A stretch of 53,196 bases of DNA from a virus (taxonomy: Duplodnaviria > Caudoviricetes): positions 1 to 53,196 of the IMG/VR virus record IMGVR_UViG_3300036985_003763, one strand, 5' to 3'. Each line of letters opens with the position of its first letter. Positions within the stretch are counted from its first letter, which is position 1. Below are positions 19,529 through 28,982 of the stretch, one piece after another. Below the pieces are notes generated by a model that saw only the letters and a list, made by a program, of their open reading frames with translations, did not search any database and was not told where the DNA came from. The position numbers and the translations under genes were made by a program.

Positions 19529-21017
19529 ATGGTAACTCCTGTTGGTATGCCAGTGCGTCGTTCAACTGAATCTGCTGCGTTTGCATCGGCTTGTTTAAAA
19601 TTTCTAGGCTCATCACTACCCCGAACCCCGGTACAATCTCTTTGCCCTTCGGCACTTGTGGCTGCGATGTAGTCTGTGTAGTCCCGCTCGACGACGTTAC
19701 TGGTACTGGTGTACTTGGTGTCGTTGTTGCCGTTGTTGCCGTTGATGACGATGTACTTGTGCTTCCTGACGAGGCCGCTGGTGCTGCTTGCGTCGTGGTC
19801 TCTGCAGTGGGTGCAGGGGAAGCTGGTATGGGCGGAGCTTCTGCTGGCGCTTCCACAGGCGGTGGTTCCGCTGGTGGTTCTGGCGCAGGTGCAGGTGGCA
19901 TTGCTTCCGGGGTCACAGTCGCACTTAGCGGGCTCGCAGGATTGACTGGGCTGCTCATGTTCGTTGGATTGGTTGCGCTCTTTACGCAACTGTCCTGTGC
20001 TGTAACCCAATCGCCCCATACAGGCTCGCTGTAAGGTGTCGAGCAACTTGATACCCTGTTTTCCGTTACTGAACCAACGAAGCCATCTTGACATGCTACC
20101 GACCTAACTTGCGTAGATACTGCGCACGTTGCAGGATCTGGTGTACACGTATTTGTTGTAACTACGTAACCACTCCATGACTGACTGCCGTAAGGATCGG
20201 AACACGTTGCTGTATTTGTCTCTACTATGCTGCCACTGAAGTTTTGTGGGCAAGATGACCCCCTTGATATCGATGTTGCAGTACATGTAGGCGGGTCTTG
20301 CGTACATGAATTGGTCACCGTTACCCATGAACCTGCTACAGGCGAGCCATACGGGTCGGGACAAGCGTTGACCTTGCTCTGCTGTATTGCTCCTGAGTGG
20401 TTGGCTGGGCATGCTAAGGTTTGGTTTTCAACAGTTGCTTGACACGTTGGAGGAGCTGCTTGGCATGACCTAGCAATTTCAAACCAACCGGAGTCGACTG
20501 GGCTTCCGTAGGCGTCTGGGCAGTTTTGTTCCCTTTTGTACGTGACCGAGCCGATTTGGTTATTCCCACAGGTTTGCCTTTCTTCGGTGACGACGCTGTA
20601 GGAACAGGTGGGCGGATTGTCTGTACAATTGTTTGAAGTAGTGACCCAATCTGTGTAAGACTGGCTTTGACACTGATATGTGCGGCTTTGATTGATTGCA
20701 CCGCTTTGGTTAGGGCCACAGCTAAGGGATTGGACTTCAACAGTGTTAGAGCAAGGTGGAGGCTCTGGCGTAGCAGGTTGACCGCACTCTGGAATGCCTG
20801 GGTAATACTGACACGCAATTTGCTGACAAGCAGCAAGAGTTGTGCCTTGACCAACGTATAGACTGCTGTAAACAGGGCCATAAGACGACCACTGACTTGC
20901 GTAACAATTTGCATAAACATAATTACTCCCCAATAGTAGATAGCTAAAGTTTATTGCTTTTAACAAGGTTTTCTTTTGCCGGAATAACTTGAAGATTCCA
21001 AGGCACATGGAGTCCAT
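19386..21017 (-). CDS. Secreted Cys-rich repeat protein (true start uncertain)
   Basis: Signal-peptide end YLLLGSNYVYA; about five 4-Cys repeats; Pro/Thr linker. Confidence 0.75.
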   Translation of the reverse strand: MDSMCLGIFKLFRQKKTLLKAINFSYLLLGSNYVYANCYASQWSSYGPVYSSLYVGQGTTLAACQQIACQYYPGIPECGQPATPEPPPCSNTVEVQSLSCGPNQSGAINQSRTYQCQSQSYTDWVTTSNNCTDNPPTCSYSVVTEERQTCGNNQIGSVTYKREQNCPDAYGSPVDSGWFEIARSCQAAPPTCQATVENQTLACPANHSGAIQQSKVNACPDPYGSPVAGSWVTVTNSCTQDPPTCTATSISRGSSCPQNFSGSIVETNTATCSDPYGSQSWSGYVVTTNTCTPDPATCAVSTQVRSVACQDGFVGSVTENRVSSCSTPYSEPVWGDWVTAQDSCVKSATNPTNMSSPVNPASPLSATVTPEAMPPAPAPEPPAEPPPVEAPAEAPPIPASPAPTAETTTQAAPAASSGSTSTSSSTATTATTTPSTPVPVTSSSGTTQTTSQPQVPKGKEIVPGFGVVMSLEILNKPMQTQQIQLNDALAYQQELPYELRGNQGVLLQLITESNISDAFNNLANDRWDSLRRNNDLQPSYSGD

Positions 21018-21498
21018 TTACTGTTTTTCCTTTTAACGGAATGATGTGGTCAACATGGTACTTTTCACCTGTATATATAGCAAACATTTCAGCGCATATA
21101 TAAAACTCGCTTATTCTATTTAATTCCTCTTTAGATAGCCAAGAAGGCGTTGCTTTTAACAAATCACCTCTTCTTTTTGCAGTCCAAGCATATACTTTAC
21201 ATTTATTTAAAGATTTCCATTCTCTGAAGTACTTATTAATTTTTTGTTTATTTTTAATAACCCAGTTTTTTTTATTTTCATTGGCTTGTTCTTTATTTTC
21301 TGCAACCCAATTTTTTGCTTTTATTTTGTATAATTCTTTATTATCTTTATAGTGTTGTTTTTTATTTTCTTTAGAATTTTTGCAAATGCGTTCTTTATTA
21401 TTTTCATAATATAGTTTAGCTTTAGCAAGAATTTTTTGTTTATTTTTTTGATAGTACCTTGCTTCTTTGCTGATTATTTTTTGTTCATTATTATTCAT
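20944..21498 (-). CDS. HNH endonuclease
   Basis: ATPSW...YHVDHIIPLKGKTVNGLHVPWNLQVIPAKENLVKSN; very low GC. Confidence 0.92.
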   Translation of the reverse strand: MNNNEQKIISKEARYYQKNKQKILAKAKLYYENNKERICKNSKENKKQHYKDNKELYKIKAKNWVAENKEQANENKKNWVIKNKQKINKYFREWKSLNKCKVYAWTAKRRGDLLKATPSWLSKEELNRISEFYICAEMFAIYTGEKYHVDHIIPLKGKTVNGLHVPWNLQVIPAKENLVKSNKL

Positions 21499-21967
21499 CT
21501 GTTTTTATAGGCGTTATTAAAACAAAATCTTTTCCATAAATCTCCATAAACCATTCAGGGTGTAAGTCATACCAAGCTTTCCTTGCAGCATCACCAATTG
21601 CGCCACCTATAGGACAGGGGCTACCGCTCATTTCCATTGCCACCCAGTTTTCGTGAGTAGCTGCGCAAGCTAATGACACAGCCGCAACTTTTAGTCCACT
21701 GTCACTTAGAAACTTCGCCCAACGTAAGCGGACGCAATTATTGTCCGTAATCATTGTGCCGCCAGCTACAGAAAATACACCCCCGTTAACAGCGCCGCTG
21801 ACACCAATGCCGCAAACATCTTGAGAGAAAGCTGACATTGAAGGAGCCATAGCACTGGCGACAGGTTGACCTTTATAATTAATTGTTGTTTGATCCGCGT
21901 AGCATAAATCATATGCTAGTAGCCCCCCAATTAGTAACCCTACTATGAAAAGTATTGTGCGTTTCAT
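21491..21967 (-). CDS. Secreted Cys-containing protein
   Basis: Signal peptide; DVCGIGVSG, DNNCVRL, GLKVAAVSLAC and GSPCP motifs. Confidence 0.7.
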   Translation of the reverse strand: MKRTILFIVGLLIGGLLAYDLCYADQTTINYKGQPVASAMAPSMSAFSQDVCGIGVSGAVNGGVFSVAGGTMITDNNCVRLRWAKFLSDSGLKVAAVSLACAATHENWVAMEMSGSPCPIGGAIGDAARKAWYDLHPEWFMEIYGKDFVLITPIKTDE

Positions 21968-22332
21968 TTTAGATTGTTTAGCTTGTAAAGGGTTGATAGG
22001 AAAAGACTCACAATCTCATCAACAATGTTCTGAAGCGGTGTGTCTTCTTTTTTAATGGCGTCGTAGCGTTCTTTCTCAATCAAGTCCAAAATCTCTTGGA
22101 GTTTCTCCGCTGGAGTTGCTTTGGTGGAGCCGCTTACTTCATTAAAGATAGGGATGTCATCAATGATACCGTGACGACCTTGGTAGGCCTCTGTTAAGGA
22201 GTCTGCCAAGTCGGTGACTTCATCGTAGAACGCACCAAGCGCTACGTGCTGTGAGTAGCTTTTTGTTTTTAGGTGCTCACGATGGGCTACATCACGGCTT
22301 AAAAACAATACGCCAATAAATTTACCAATCAT
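21964..22332 (-). CDS. Ferritin/Dps-like four-helix protein (DUF5856-type)
   Basis: H-x2-H...SYSQHVALG...YD...DSLTEAYQG; LQNIVDEI...LYKL. Confidence 0.75.
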   Translation of the reverse strand: MIGKFIGVLFLSRDVAHREHLKTKSYSQHVALGAFYDEVTDLADSLTEAYQGRHGIIDDIPIFNEVSGSTKATPAEKLQEILDLIEKERYDAIKKEDTPLQNIVDEIVSLFLSTLYKLNNLK

Positions 22333-22340
22333 GGCTTATC

Positions 22341-22502
22341 CTATTTTAAAAATTGCGTTAGTAGAAAAATAATAATAAACCCAGCAGTGCCAAGTAATAT
22401 CTGTTCTAGACGTTTAAGCCTAGCATTAATTGTTTCATATCTAAACGCACACACTGCTTCGTGCGAGTTTAATCGCGCTGCGGTTTCATCAATGTCTGAC
22501 AT
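22341..22502 (-). CDS. Small coiled-coil/TM protein (XhlA-like)
   Basis: Not in ORF track; MSDIDETAARLNSHEAVCAFRYETINARLKRLEQILLGTAGFIIIFLLTQFLK; AAGGA RBS. Confidence 0.75.
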   Translation of the reverse strand: MSDIDETAARLNSHEAVCAFRYETINARLKRLEQILLGTAGFIIIFLLTQFLK

Positions 22503-22510
22503 ATACATCC

Positions 22511-22705
22511 TTATGCTACAGGCTTATCAAATGTTACTGTACCATCTTCATTTTTAGTAACTGTATAACCTTCAGCTACGTCTGTGTTTATATCAGCACC
22601 AAACTGTTCATGGTTTTCTAAATTGCACGTTACGCTACCACCTGCTGCATATACCGTGCTTACTGACTTTACTACTCCATCTACTGCAAAAATAATTTTA
22701 TTCAT
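22511..22705 (-). CDS. Small tail-fibre-associated protein
   Basis: GAGGAG RBS; position after tail module. Confidence 0.55.
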   Translation of the reverse strand: MNKIIFAVDGVVKSVSTVYAAGGSVTCNLENHEQFGADINTDVAEGYTVTKNEDGTVTFDKPVA

Positions 22706-22708
22706 TTG

Positions 22709-22987
22709 CTACTCCTCGTATGCTGATATAAATGCAGAAAAACTTGAAGGCGTTGTAACTATAATTTGTTGTCCTGCACCTAGATAAAAACTTTGTGTTG
22801 CTGTTTGTGGGTCAGTTGATACTACACCTGTGCCAGATGGCTGGTTAAATCTCATAAAATTGATTCCATTTAAATCAATAGACCCATTTGGTGTTTGTGC
22901 TGTTACTGTTATGCTTACTTTACAAGTACTTGGTGAAGTAAATGAAAATGACGAACTACTGCCTATTGCTCCAATTAATCCAATCAT
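22709..22987 (-). CDS. Small tail-associated protein (paralog B)
   Basis: GLIGAIG...YLGAGQ...ISAYEE; paralog of 22993-23256. Confidence 0.65.
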   Translation of the reverse strand: MIGLIGAIGSSSSFSFTSPSTCKVSITVTAQTPNGSIDLNGINFMRFNQPSGTGVVSTDPQTATQSFYLGAGQQIIVTTPSSFSAFISAYEE

Positions 22988-22992
22988 TTTAC

Positions 22993-23256
22993 TTACTCCT
23001 CATAACTTGAAATTAACACATAACCTGAAGTTGGTGTGGTTATTGTTATAGTTTGACCAGCAGCAAGATACAAAGGTATTTGCGTAAATGTTTGCGTTGT
23101 ATTCCCACCAAGCGTTCTAAATATATCTAATCCATTTAAAAAAATACCTTGGCTAGTACTAGATAATGTTGTATTAAGTATCAATTTGCAATTTGTTGGA
23201 GGTGTATATATAAAACTTGTACCAGTTCCAACTGCTGCTATTAAACCTGTTGCCAT
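22993..23256 (-). CDS. Small tail-associated protein (paralog A)
   Basis: GLIAAVG...YLAAGQ...ISSYEE; AGGAG RBS. Confidence 0.65.
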   Translation of the reverse strand: MATGLIAAVGTGTSFIYTPPTNCKLILNTTLSSTSQGIFLNGLDIFRTLGGNTTQTFTQIPLYLAAGQTITITTPTSGYVLISSYEE

Positions 23257-23265
23257 AATAATCTC

Positions 23266-25785
23266 CTATGCTAAATTATTACGTTGACGAGTTAATTCAG
23301 CAGTAAGACCAGTTACTAATCCTTTAACACCAGCAGGATTTGCACCAAAAGCACTTAATGTAACTGGTGCGTAAGATTTATTTAATGTTGTTACCCCATC
23401 CACAATAACATCAATCTCAGTATTGGTTGCAGCACTTTCGCCAGCAACTCCTACAATAGTATAGCCTTGACTAAGAGTAATGTACGTAATTTGAGGTGTA
23501 TTGTTTTGCCCACCAATGATTACAATATTATCATTAGCTTGTGGAACTAGTACAAGATTACCACTTGCGGTGGCAAGGTAATAGCTTTGTCCAGTTGTTG
23601 TAGTAGATGTTGCATTAAGTACTACACCATTAAGATTTATTTTATAAAGTTGATATGTATTGCCTGATGTTGAACATTGTGCAACAAGATAATTATTTAA
23701 TGGGCAATAAGTTATTCTTAACGGTGTATTGTTTTGAACAGTTCCAGAAGGAGTTAAACCTATTTGCCATTCTTGTACACCTGCTGCATTTTGTTTAGAA
23801 ACATAAACTTGAGATGTAGTACCATTAAATATTATGACATAGCCATTATCAGGAGTGCCTACAACATTAACTGTTGAACCGTTTCCTGATCCACCAAGCC
23901 CATTAGTAGTACCAATTAATGTTCCAGTTGCACTATATTTAGCATACTGATAACCAGATGCAGCAGTAGCACCAGCAATAGCAAAACCACCATCAACCGT
24001 ACCAGCAATATCAAGTGTATCTGAGTTAGCTTGATATGTTAAACCCGTAACTGTTGCAGCTAAAACTGTTGCGCCAGTATTAGAATAAATAGCATATTTA
24101 ACACTACCACTAGTACCATATACAACAGCAAACCCACCACCAGTTAGTCCAGTAACATTACAACAACTACCAGCTACACTTTCAACACGAACTGCGTTTA
24201 CAAAATTTGCTGACGCATCATAAATATAAGAAAATACACCACAAGTTGCAGTACCTGTAATAGTAGTTATTACAAAACCACCATTAGTTAATGCCGCAAT
24301 ACTAATTTGATTAAAAGAACCACCACCATTTACTATTACCCATTTTTGGAATTTAATTCTGCCATCTGAACCCATTATTGTTAAAAAGCAGCCAGTATTA
24401 TATGAACTATTATAAGAAACAGTTGCAATATCACCAGAATTTAATGTGCAACCCTCAAAGTATCCTTTACTAGAATTAACAGAATACATTGTGTTTAAAC
24501 AATTAGATAAAGTTGGCGATGAGAGTAGATTATTTGTTGGTGTAATTATTGCTGGTGTTGTTAAAGTATTAGTTGTTGCGCTAAACCTTACAAACAATGG
24601 TAGGCCAAATGAGTTGTAATAAGTAATAACAGTATCATTACCATTTGATGCAATTCCTCTTGCAGCAAATGTTGCTGTTTGGCCTTGTAATGATACAAAA
24701 TCTCCTATTTGCAACCCTTGATTATCAAAACGATAGTAATAAGATGTTGTGTTATTTGTAAACACCATAGTACCACCACCCGTTACACTATTTGGCGCAA
24801 CTTGAACTTGTGCACCAGAAGTTAAACTAAAGGGTATATTAAGCGCAGTTCTTCCAGTAGCTGTAGCTGTACTTACTGCTGTATCTTGTTGAAATGGTGT
24901 CATAACACCAGCAGATGAAACAACTCTATTTTGAATATATGTAGAATAAGCAACACAAAGAACGTATGATCCGCCAGTTGTTGGGCATATTCTTGGCCAT
25001 GTTTGAGTAGTGTTTGCCGTAAATGCAAGTGTATCTGTTACTGAAATTGCGCCACTTGTATTAATGTGCGCATAACGCACTTGACCATTGGCTAGTCCGT
25101 AACATACAGCAACTTGACCATCGCTTAAAGATCCTGCATCAACAGTATTAGCTGAAGAATAATCTCCTGTTGCTAATGTTGTTAATGAACCTTGCAGTAC
25201 GCCAGCTATGTTGTAATTACCGTATCGTATATTTGTAGAAGTATTGTTATAAATAACAACAAAGCCACCACCTGTCATGGGCGCAGCAACAACTGAAGAA
25301 GCATTTACTGCCTCAACAACAAACGGTGCTACTAATTGTGTGCCAGTTGAACCATATACAGCAGCCTTAACGCTTGTTCCACCATTGTCGTAAGCAACAA
25401 CAAAGTTACCACTAGCTAATGCTGAGATACTTAAAGATTCAATAGTACCTACTGTTTCAATTGTTGTTAAGCTACCTTGCGCTACACCGCTTGAGTTATA
25501 TCGTTGAAATGTTGGTGCATTGTTTGAAGATGTGTAAGCAATAACATAATCGCCAGTTGTTAAATATGCAACTTTAATAGCATTAGTGGCTGATGCTGCA
25601 CCTGCTACAGTATTATATGTTGTTATTGGCGTATCTGTGTAAGTTGTAAATGTTGGTGTTTGAGCTGCGTATGGCCTTACGTTTGGATTGGTTGCTGTAG
25701 CGTATAACACATCCCCTGTTGTCACAGATGCCCCAGTAGTCATTTTAAATGTTGACTTAACACTTTGGTCTACGATGCGTCCCAT
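23266..25785 (-). CDS. Receptor-binding protein with propeller-like repeats
   Basis: Repeated LxxGx(F/Y)VVxY...Y(N/S)xxG blades; Ser/Thr/Gly-rich; low GC. Confidence 0.7.
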   Translation of the reverse strand: MGRIVDQSVKSTFKMTTGASVTTGDVLYATATNPNVRPYAAQTPTFTTYTDTPITTYNTVAGAASATNAIKVAYLTTGDYVIAYTSSNNAPTFQRYNSSGVAQGSLTTIETVGTIESLSISALASGNFVVAYDNGGTSVKAAVYGSTGTQLVAPFVVEAVNASSVVAAPMTGGGFVVIYNNTSTNIRYGNYNIAGVLQGSLTTLATGDYSSANTVDAGSLSDGQVAVCYGLANGQVRYAHINTSGAISVTDTLAFTANTTQTWPRICPTTGGSYVLCVAYSTYIQNRVVSSAGVMTPFQQDTAVSTATATGRTALNIPFSLTSGAQVQVAPNSVTGGGTMVFTNNTTSYYYRFDNQGLQIGDFVSLQGQTATFAARGIASNGNDTVITYYNSFGLPLFVRFSATTNTLTTPAIITPTNNLLSSPTLSNCLNTMYSVNSSKGYFEGCTLNSGDIATVSYNSSYNTGCFLTIMGSDGRIKFQKWVIVNGGGSFNQISIAALTNGGFVITTITGTATCGVFSYIYDASANFVNAVRVESVAGSCCNVTGLTGGGFAVVYGTSGSVKYAIYSNTGATVLAATVTGLTYQANSDTLDIAGTVDGGFAIAGATAASGYQYAKYSATGTLIGTTNGLGGSGNGSTVNVVGTPDNGYVIIFNGTTSQVYVSKQNAAGVQEWQIGLTPSGTVQNNTPLRITYCPLNNYLVAQCSTSGNTYQLYKINLNGVVLNATSTTTTGQSYYLATASGNLVLVPQANDNIVIIGGQNNTPQITYITLSQGYTIVGVAGESAATNTEIDVIVDGVTTLNKSYAPVTLSAFGANPAGVKGLVTGLTAELTRQRNNLA

Positions 25786-25786
25786 A

Positions 25787-26101
25787 TTAGTTCTCCACTC
25801 CCCATACCATTACCGTTACGTTAGGCGTATCTGAAAACGCCACTATGTTAGTTCCTGTTGCTACAACAATACCTGTTCGTTCTAATACAGCATTAGCGTT
25901 AACATTGGTATTATACTCAAAGTAATCAGTAGCTGCTGGAGAACCAGTTGCTGAAGCTGCTAATTGAATTCGTGCGGTACCTGACGTACCTAAGTTGCAC
26001 ACACTAATGTTTAATGTTGTTGTAGTTGCGGCAGGGACCGTATACAAAGTTGTATTGGTTGATGCGGCTAAACTTGCTTTACCTAAAATTCCAGATGCCA
26101 T
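25787..26101 (-). CDS. Small tail-fibre accessory protein
   Basis: TTLYTVPA, SVCN, LERTGIV and WGVE motifs. Confidence 0.65.
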   Translation of the reverse strand: MASGILGKASLAASTNTTLYTVPAATTTTLNISVCNLGTSGTARIQLAASATGSPAATDYFEYNTNVNANAVLERTGIVVATGTNIVAFSDTPNVTVMVWGVEN

Positions 26102-26110
26102 GATAATTCC

Positions 26111-28117
26111 TTAAATTTGCGCTAAAAAATATGATGTAGCGTTAATAACTGGGGGTACGGTTACTGTATTAAAACTTAACACACCAGCACCGTTTGTTGC
26201 TAAAACTTGTCCAGTAGTACCGTCTGCTCCTGGTAATTGCCAAGTTACGTTAGCCGCTATTGTATCAGGTGCTTTTAAAGATACATAATTTGTACCGTTG
26301 TCTGTATCTTCATACAGTTTTATATTCGCACCTGCCGCTGAAGTACCTAGTATGTCTAGATACCCTGTAACTGTATTTAAAGATATTGCGGCCCAACTTG
26401 CAGTTGTTCCATCTGTTGTTAGAAATTCCCCATTATGGGTTGCTTGTGGTGGTACTTGTGAAACAGGCGCCCAACTTGCATTAGCCCCATCTGTAGTTAC
26501 GAACTTACCTGCATTTCCTGCTTGCCCTGGTAATACTGTAGAGAACGCAGTAGATGTTACAAACGCAGTTGTTGCAAGTTTTGTAGTAGAGTCTCCTACA
26601 GTTTGCGTTGGTGCGGTTGGTGTGCCTGTAAATGCTGGGGATGCTAGTAATGCATAGTCTGCAGCAAGTACACCACCTAATCTTAAGGAGTTATCTGCTG
26701 TACCTGTAAAGGTACCTGAAAAAGCTGTTGCTGTTAACGTACCAGTTGAAGGGTTAAATGTAAGTTTAGTGCTGCTGACTTTTTCTGGTAGGTTGCCAGT
26801 AGTAGCCGTAACCCATGTAGGGTAGACCGTTGCTGCAGTAGCTACATCATCTGTAACACCTACATTTACTGTATTAGTTGCGTTTGTTGCTGACGTTGCT
26901 GTCGTTGCATTACCCGTTAAATTACCTGTAACGTTAGCATACAAGCCACCTACATCAAAGTAAGCTGCTTGAACACCACCTGCCGCAATAGCAAGTTGAT
27001 TAGTATTCTTGCGGTAAATACCTGTATCAGTATCTAGTGAGAAATTTAATGATGGGCTTGCTGCACTACCGTCTACTAAACTTAAAGTTGATGTTACTGC
27101 AACTGTTTGTGCCGCCGTGATGTTTGTACCATCGCAATAGATGATGTATGACTGATTAGACGTTAATCCTACTGTGGCGCCACTGCCCGTAGTAAATGTG
27201 AGGGTGTACCCGCCAATCGCACCAACGCGCAAGAAGTATACACTGGCTACCGATGGGATAGTCACAGTCATACTGCTTACTGGGGCATTGAAGAAATACC
27301 AAAGTTTATTTTGCGCTTGAGTAGGGGTAACTGTGTAAGATGATAAGCCAGTCAAGTCTACTGTTAACTGTGTCCACACATAGGTATTGCTACGACCGTA
27401 ACCAGCAGTGTAATACAACACGCCGTCGGTAGTTACAATACATGACTCGCCGGGTTGTAAATCTTTAGTTAAACTACCGTCAATTGTAACAGACGCAGAT
27501 GGGTCTAGCGTGACAGTTCCAGAGCCTTCATTAATAAAAATGAAGAAGTAACCATTGTATAGTGATGATGGGCTTGGTAATGCTAGTGTAGCTGTACCTG
27601 ATTTGTATACTAATGTTGTTGCATTGTCTGATGCACTAATAACATACGATGCGCCAATAGAGTTGTTTTCAACAATGTTATCAATTGCATCACCATCAAC
27701 ACGGTGACCTGCACCAGCCAATATACCAGCATCAGCACTAGAGGTACCAGTACCAAAAGTAGTGATATCGTATACACCTGCAGCAGTGTTATTGTTTGTC
27801 AGTACAAAATACTTTGCTACACCTGCAGTAATAGTAGTTAATGTATTACCCGCGTTGTCTTTTACTTCAAAGCTATTAGACCCTGCATTTTTAACAATAA
27901 AATCTTCACCAGTTGATACCTCTGTGGCATCTGGTAAAGTAATTGCTAGGCTGGCAGCTGAAGCAGTAATGTCATTGTTTTTGGCTAATACAAGGCCTGT
28001 ACCAGCATAGTTGTATGGCCAGTACGCCGTGGTATTGCTTGATATGGTGGTGGCTTGGTAGCCGTATTCTGATGGTGGCGTGACTTGACCACCAAAAACA
28101 TCAACAAAATTCGTCAT
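26111..28117 (-). CDS. Tail fibre protein
   Basis: GSAASPSLNF...DTGIYR; ASPAFTGTPTAPT; LPGADGTTGQVLATNGAGVLSF fibre motifs. Confidence 0.85.
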   Translation of the reverse strand: MTNFVDVFGGQVTPPSEYGYQATTISSNTTAYWPYNYAGTGLVLAKNNDITASAASLAITLPDATEVSTGEDFIVKNAGSNSFEVKDNAGNTLTTITAGVAKYFVLTNNNTAAGVYDITTFGTGTSSADAGILAGAGHRVDGDAIDNIVENNSIGASYVISASDNATTLVYKSGTATLALPSPSSLYNGYFFIFINEGSGTVTLDPSASVTIDGSLTKDLQPGESCIVTTDGVLYYTAGYGRSNTYVWTQLTVDLTGLSSYTVTPTQAQNKLWYFFNAPVSSMTVTIPSVASVYFLRVGAIGGYTLTFTTGSGATVGLTSNQSYIIYCDGTNITAAQTVAVTSTLSLVDGSAASPSLNFSLDTDTGIYRKNTNQLAIAAGGVQAAYFDVGGLYANVTGNLTGNATTATSATNATNTVNVGVTDDVATAATVYPTWVTATTGNLPEKVSSTKLTFNPSTGTLTATAFSGTFTGTADNSLRLGGVLAADYALLASPAFTGTPTAPTQTVGDSTTKLATTAFVTSTAFSTVLPGQAGNAGKFVTTDGANASWAPVSQVPPQATHNGEFLTTDGTTASWAAISLNTVTGYLDILGTSAAGANIKLYEDTDNGTNYVSLKAPDTIAANVTWQLPGADGTTGQVLATNGAGVLSFNTVTVPPVINATSYFLAQI

Positions 28118-28749
28118 GCTTCAGTCCTTAAATTTGCTTGGTCAATCGCACGACGCTGCGATTCTTGTTGGAAGTTTCTCACTGCCTCGTCATAGAACCC
28201 TTTAAATTCAGCAATACGTTCTGGTAATTTCAAGAACGGTTGTGCTTCTAGCAAAGCACCGTACAGAAGTAGCTGAGGGCAATAACGCGTAACCCAATTT
28301 GTTTGTGTTACTGTGTCCAATGGTTGTGGACGCTCGTAATAACTCAATTCAAAATTATACGCTAAATCAGGCGTAGCTGCTAAAAAGAAATGTTCGTAAT
28401 CGTAGTTTGCATAGTATTTTGGCACACTTGCTTCATTCGGGTTAGGCCAGTATGTACGGCAGTATTCATAACCACGCTCAAACAAGTATTGGCGTTGTGT
28501 GCCTACCATAATACTGAATGACGCTGTTTCACGCCATCTAACTGGTTTTTGATAAGTTGATTGGTTAGGTAATAACGTTCCCGACACAATTTTTAGCATG
28601 CCTAAACCGCGCAAGCTTGACGCAAGGCGGTTCTCAGCCATCATAATGAAACGTGGGATTTGATCAATAAATGGTTGATCATTACGTTCTGCGTATGTTT
28701 TGATGTCTTCTACGAGACTATCATAGGTCATTGCTGCTGCAGTTGTCAT
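28114..28749 (-). CDS. Head-tail adaptor/tail tubular A-like protein
   Basis: TYDSL...IPRFIMMAENR...PKYY...PTPD-like...LLYGALLEA motifs. Confidence 0.7.
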   Translation of the reverse strand: MTTAAAMTYDSLVEDIKTYAERNDQPFIDQIPRFIMMAENRLASSLRGLGMLKIVSGTLLPNQSTYQKPVRWRETASFSIMVGTQRQYLFERGYEYCRTYWPNPNEASVPKYYANYDYEHFFLAATPDLAYNFELSYYERPQPLDTVTQTNWVTRYCPQLLLYGALLEAQPFLKLPERIAEFKGFYDEAVRNFQQESQRRAIDQANLRTEA

Positions 28750-28979
28750 ATTTTAGTCGCTATGTCAGTGTCAGGTCTTGGGTATTTAACAGTAATATTC
28801 TCAGTTTTACGTGCTGGTAGACGCCATGGATCTTTAACATCCCAGCAATCTGGGCATACACGTAAGCCTGGGCTATTGCCGTCTGCTTTTAAATCATCTA
28901 GGTACATTTTAACATTGCAACGGTCACAGACCGCAATTGCCATTGTACCTTTATTCTTAGCCGGTAAATAAACTGGCAT
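28746..28979 (-). CDS. Small Zn-binding late protein
   Basis: CDRC...CPDC...PRPD. Confidence 0.7.
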   Translation of the reverse strand: MPVYLPAKNKGTMAIAVCDRCNVKMYLDDLKADGNSPGLRVCPDCWDVKDPWRLPARKTENITVKYPRPDTDIATKI

Positions 28980-28982
28980 AGG

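Noticed and set aside
20414-20920. 168-aa ORF with apparent GGAG RBS
   Set aside because: Shadow frame of the Cys-repeat gene; the GGGGAGTAA is explained as the relic end of the upstream gene
20944-21520. Canonical group I intron or gene-60-type ribosomal hop
   Set aside because: No room for a catalytic core; matching TTT codons exist but a ~570-nt hop far exceeds known bypasses
22511-28117. Diversity-generating retroelement or invertible tail cassette
   Set aside because: No reverse transcriptase, recombinase or TR/VR pair seen in this window
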